A DNA stretch of 63,076 nucleotides, filler included, from Reclinomonas americana ATCC 50394 (lineage: Eukaryota): NCBI GenBank assembly GCA_048213135.1. It is 40 parts of 40 records of this genome, joined end to end, with 100 filler letters (N's around TTAATTAATTAA, not from the genome) between each part and the next. Parts side by side here need not be neighbours in the genome. Positions count along the whole stretch, not along the records: positions 61,611 to 63,076 come from AFZH01025583.1; 39 more parts are not named here. One strand, written 5' to 3'. The stretch's first letter is position 1. Each line of letters starts with the position of its first letter. The notes under the pieces were generated by a model. The model worked only from the letters and a program-made list of their open reading frames with translations. It had not been told where the DNA came from and searched no databases. The translations under genes were made by a program, and so were the position numbers. Of the stretch, positions 61,611 to 63,076 are shown piece after piece.

Positions 61611-63076
61611 GGGAGCCGACAGATCGCCAGTCAGCAGCTTGCGAATCAGTCGTGCGGCGTTGACCTGCGCCGGAGTGACATTGGGCAGGCGCACCCACTC
61701 GCCACCAACTGCAAATACACACGAGAGTGAGCACTGGGGGAGACGCAGAGAATCTAGTGAAGAAAAACGCGCAACTGTTGCCCGACGCCCAGTACGTCAG
61801 CTGGTTGGTGCCAAACCTCGGCTGCTCCGACGGCAGCTCCGTCGTCGGCAGCGGGAACGGCTTCAGTACATCTGCACGCGACGGGGGAAAAGAGTGTCAG
61901 AGGCACGCCACAATCTCACTTCCGCATTCGTGCTCGATTGCTCACCAGGATCCTCTGGCTTGTTGTCCTCGGGCGACGCCACATAGTTGCTCTCACAAAT
62001 GTAGTAGACACCGTGCGTGCCGAGGAACTTGCCAAAGAAGCGCACCGCCGTCAATCGCTGCTGCCGCGCCAGCTGCTGCATTGCCGCATGCAACGCATAC
62101 ACCTCCGCCTGCGGCAGCCCGAAACCGCACTGCTCCAAGTACCGCAGATCCTCCGGCAGATCTTGCACCGAGCAGTTGTCGACGCCGTGCTGTGCGCGCG
62201 CATAGACACACACAAGTCAGCATAGGAGGCCTGAGATAGAGAGATGAGAGTGAGAGTGGAAGCTTGCCTTGCGACTCTCCGCAAAGGCCGCAATCGCCTG
62301 TGTCGCGCGTTCTCGATCCAGCAAGGCCTCGCGTGAGGGAACCTGCACACACCCACACAACAAGCGAGTCAGCTCAACTGCTGGCCAGTAGAAGTGAGGG
62401 AGCAAGGACAGGGGAAAGTGAGAGAAAGACAAGCATGAGAAGGACAGGCGAAGAGAAGGAGAGCAGGGACAAGGGAGAATGCGAGGGTGAGTGAGCATGA
62501 AAGACAAGCAAGAGTGCAGGGATGATGAGAGCATGAGAAACAAGCAACAGAGCGACAGGTGAAGACAGAGAAGGAGAGGAAACAGAAGAAAGGGCGAGGG
62601 AGCAAGGACTGGGGAGAGAGAGAGACCATGAGAGACACGCACGAAACGACAGGTGAATAGAGAAACGGAGACAGAAGAAAGGCGAGGGCGCAAGGAAAGG
62701 AGAGAGGAGAGAGGCGAGAGAGTGCAAGAGAGAACAACATGTGAAGAGAAGAGAGACAGGTGCAAGCGAGTGTCTCTCCCCCCCTCCCTCCTCTCTCTCT
62801 ATCTCCCCTCCCTCCCTCACTCCCTCCTCCCTCCCTCCCTCCCTCCCTCCCTCCCTTCTCTCTCTCCTTTCTCACCGACTGATCAGCGACCACATCTCCC
62901 GTCTTTGTGTCAAACTTGAGCCGCTGTCGTCCCAATCGCAACATCACATCCTCCAGAGTCTCTCCCGGTCCACCCACACACTTTGCGTCTTGCAACACCG
63001 CCTCAGTCAACTCACACAGACGATCGTACACAGAGACCCCATCAGAGCCCGCTTGAAGCAGGTACGATTGAGCAAA
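61611..63076 (-). CDS. Radial spoke head protein RSPH4/6-like, multi-exon fragment
   Basis: EQCGFGL..E.Y.L..AM..L, VRFFGKFLG..GVYYICE, GTNQLTYW and WVRLPNVTPAQVNAARLIRKLLTG motifs. Confidence 0.9.

Overview
This is not one locus. It is a pseudo-scaffold of 40 unrelated contigs of about 1.47-1.50 kb, roughly sorted by length and joined by artificial 100-bp spacers (44 N + TTAATTAATTAA + 44 N). Almost all come from an intron-rich, microsatellite-rich flagellated aerobic eukaryote (a protist). Recognisable gene fragments include a DNAH10-like dynein, RSPH4/6, COG6, SPT16, GEMIN2, HECT and U-box ligases, CLK and MAPK-like kinases, CDC48-like and SKP1-like exons, and a 51-aa COX6C/COX5C gene that the ORF track misses. 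One contig (4786-6278) is bacterial, and two contig pairs look like alleles. The main observations are: (1) a head-to-tail array of HET-E-like hypervariable WD40 cassettes, each preceded by a conserved same-phase splice-acceptor-like site, plus a related pentapeptide-WD40 (NACHT/STAND-type) gene, together a candidate diversified receptor system; (2) a recurrent atypical 5' splice-site class GTTGCG used mostly when the exon does not end in G; (3) a candidate non-canonical telomere repeat (TCAAGGG)n; (4) a 10-nt microexon carrying the HECT catalytic motif; (5) a 21-bp gap between GEMIN2 and the next gene. All family calls were made by eye from remembered motifs and no database search was run.
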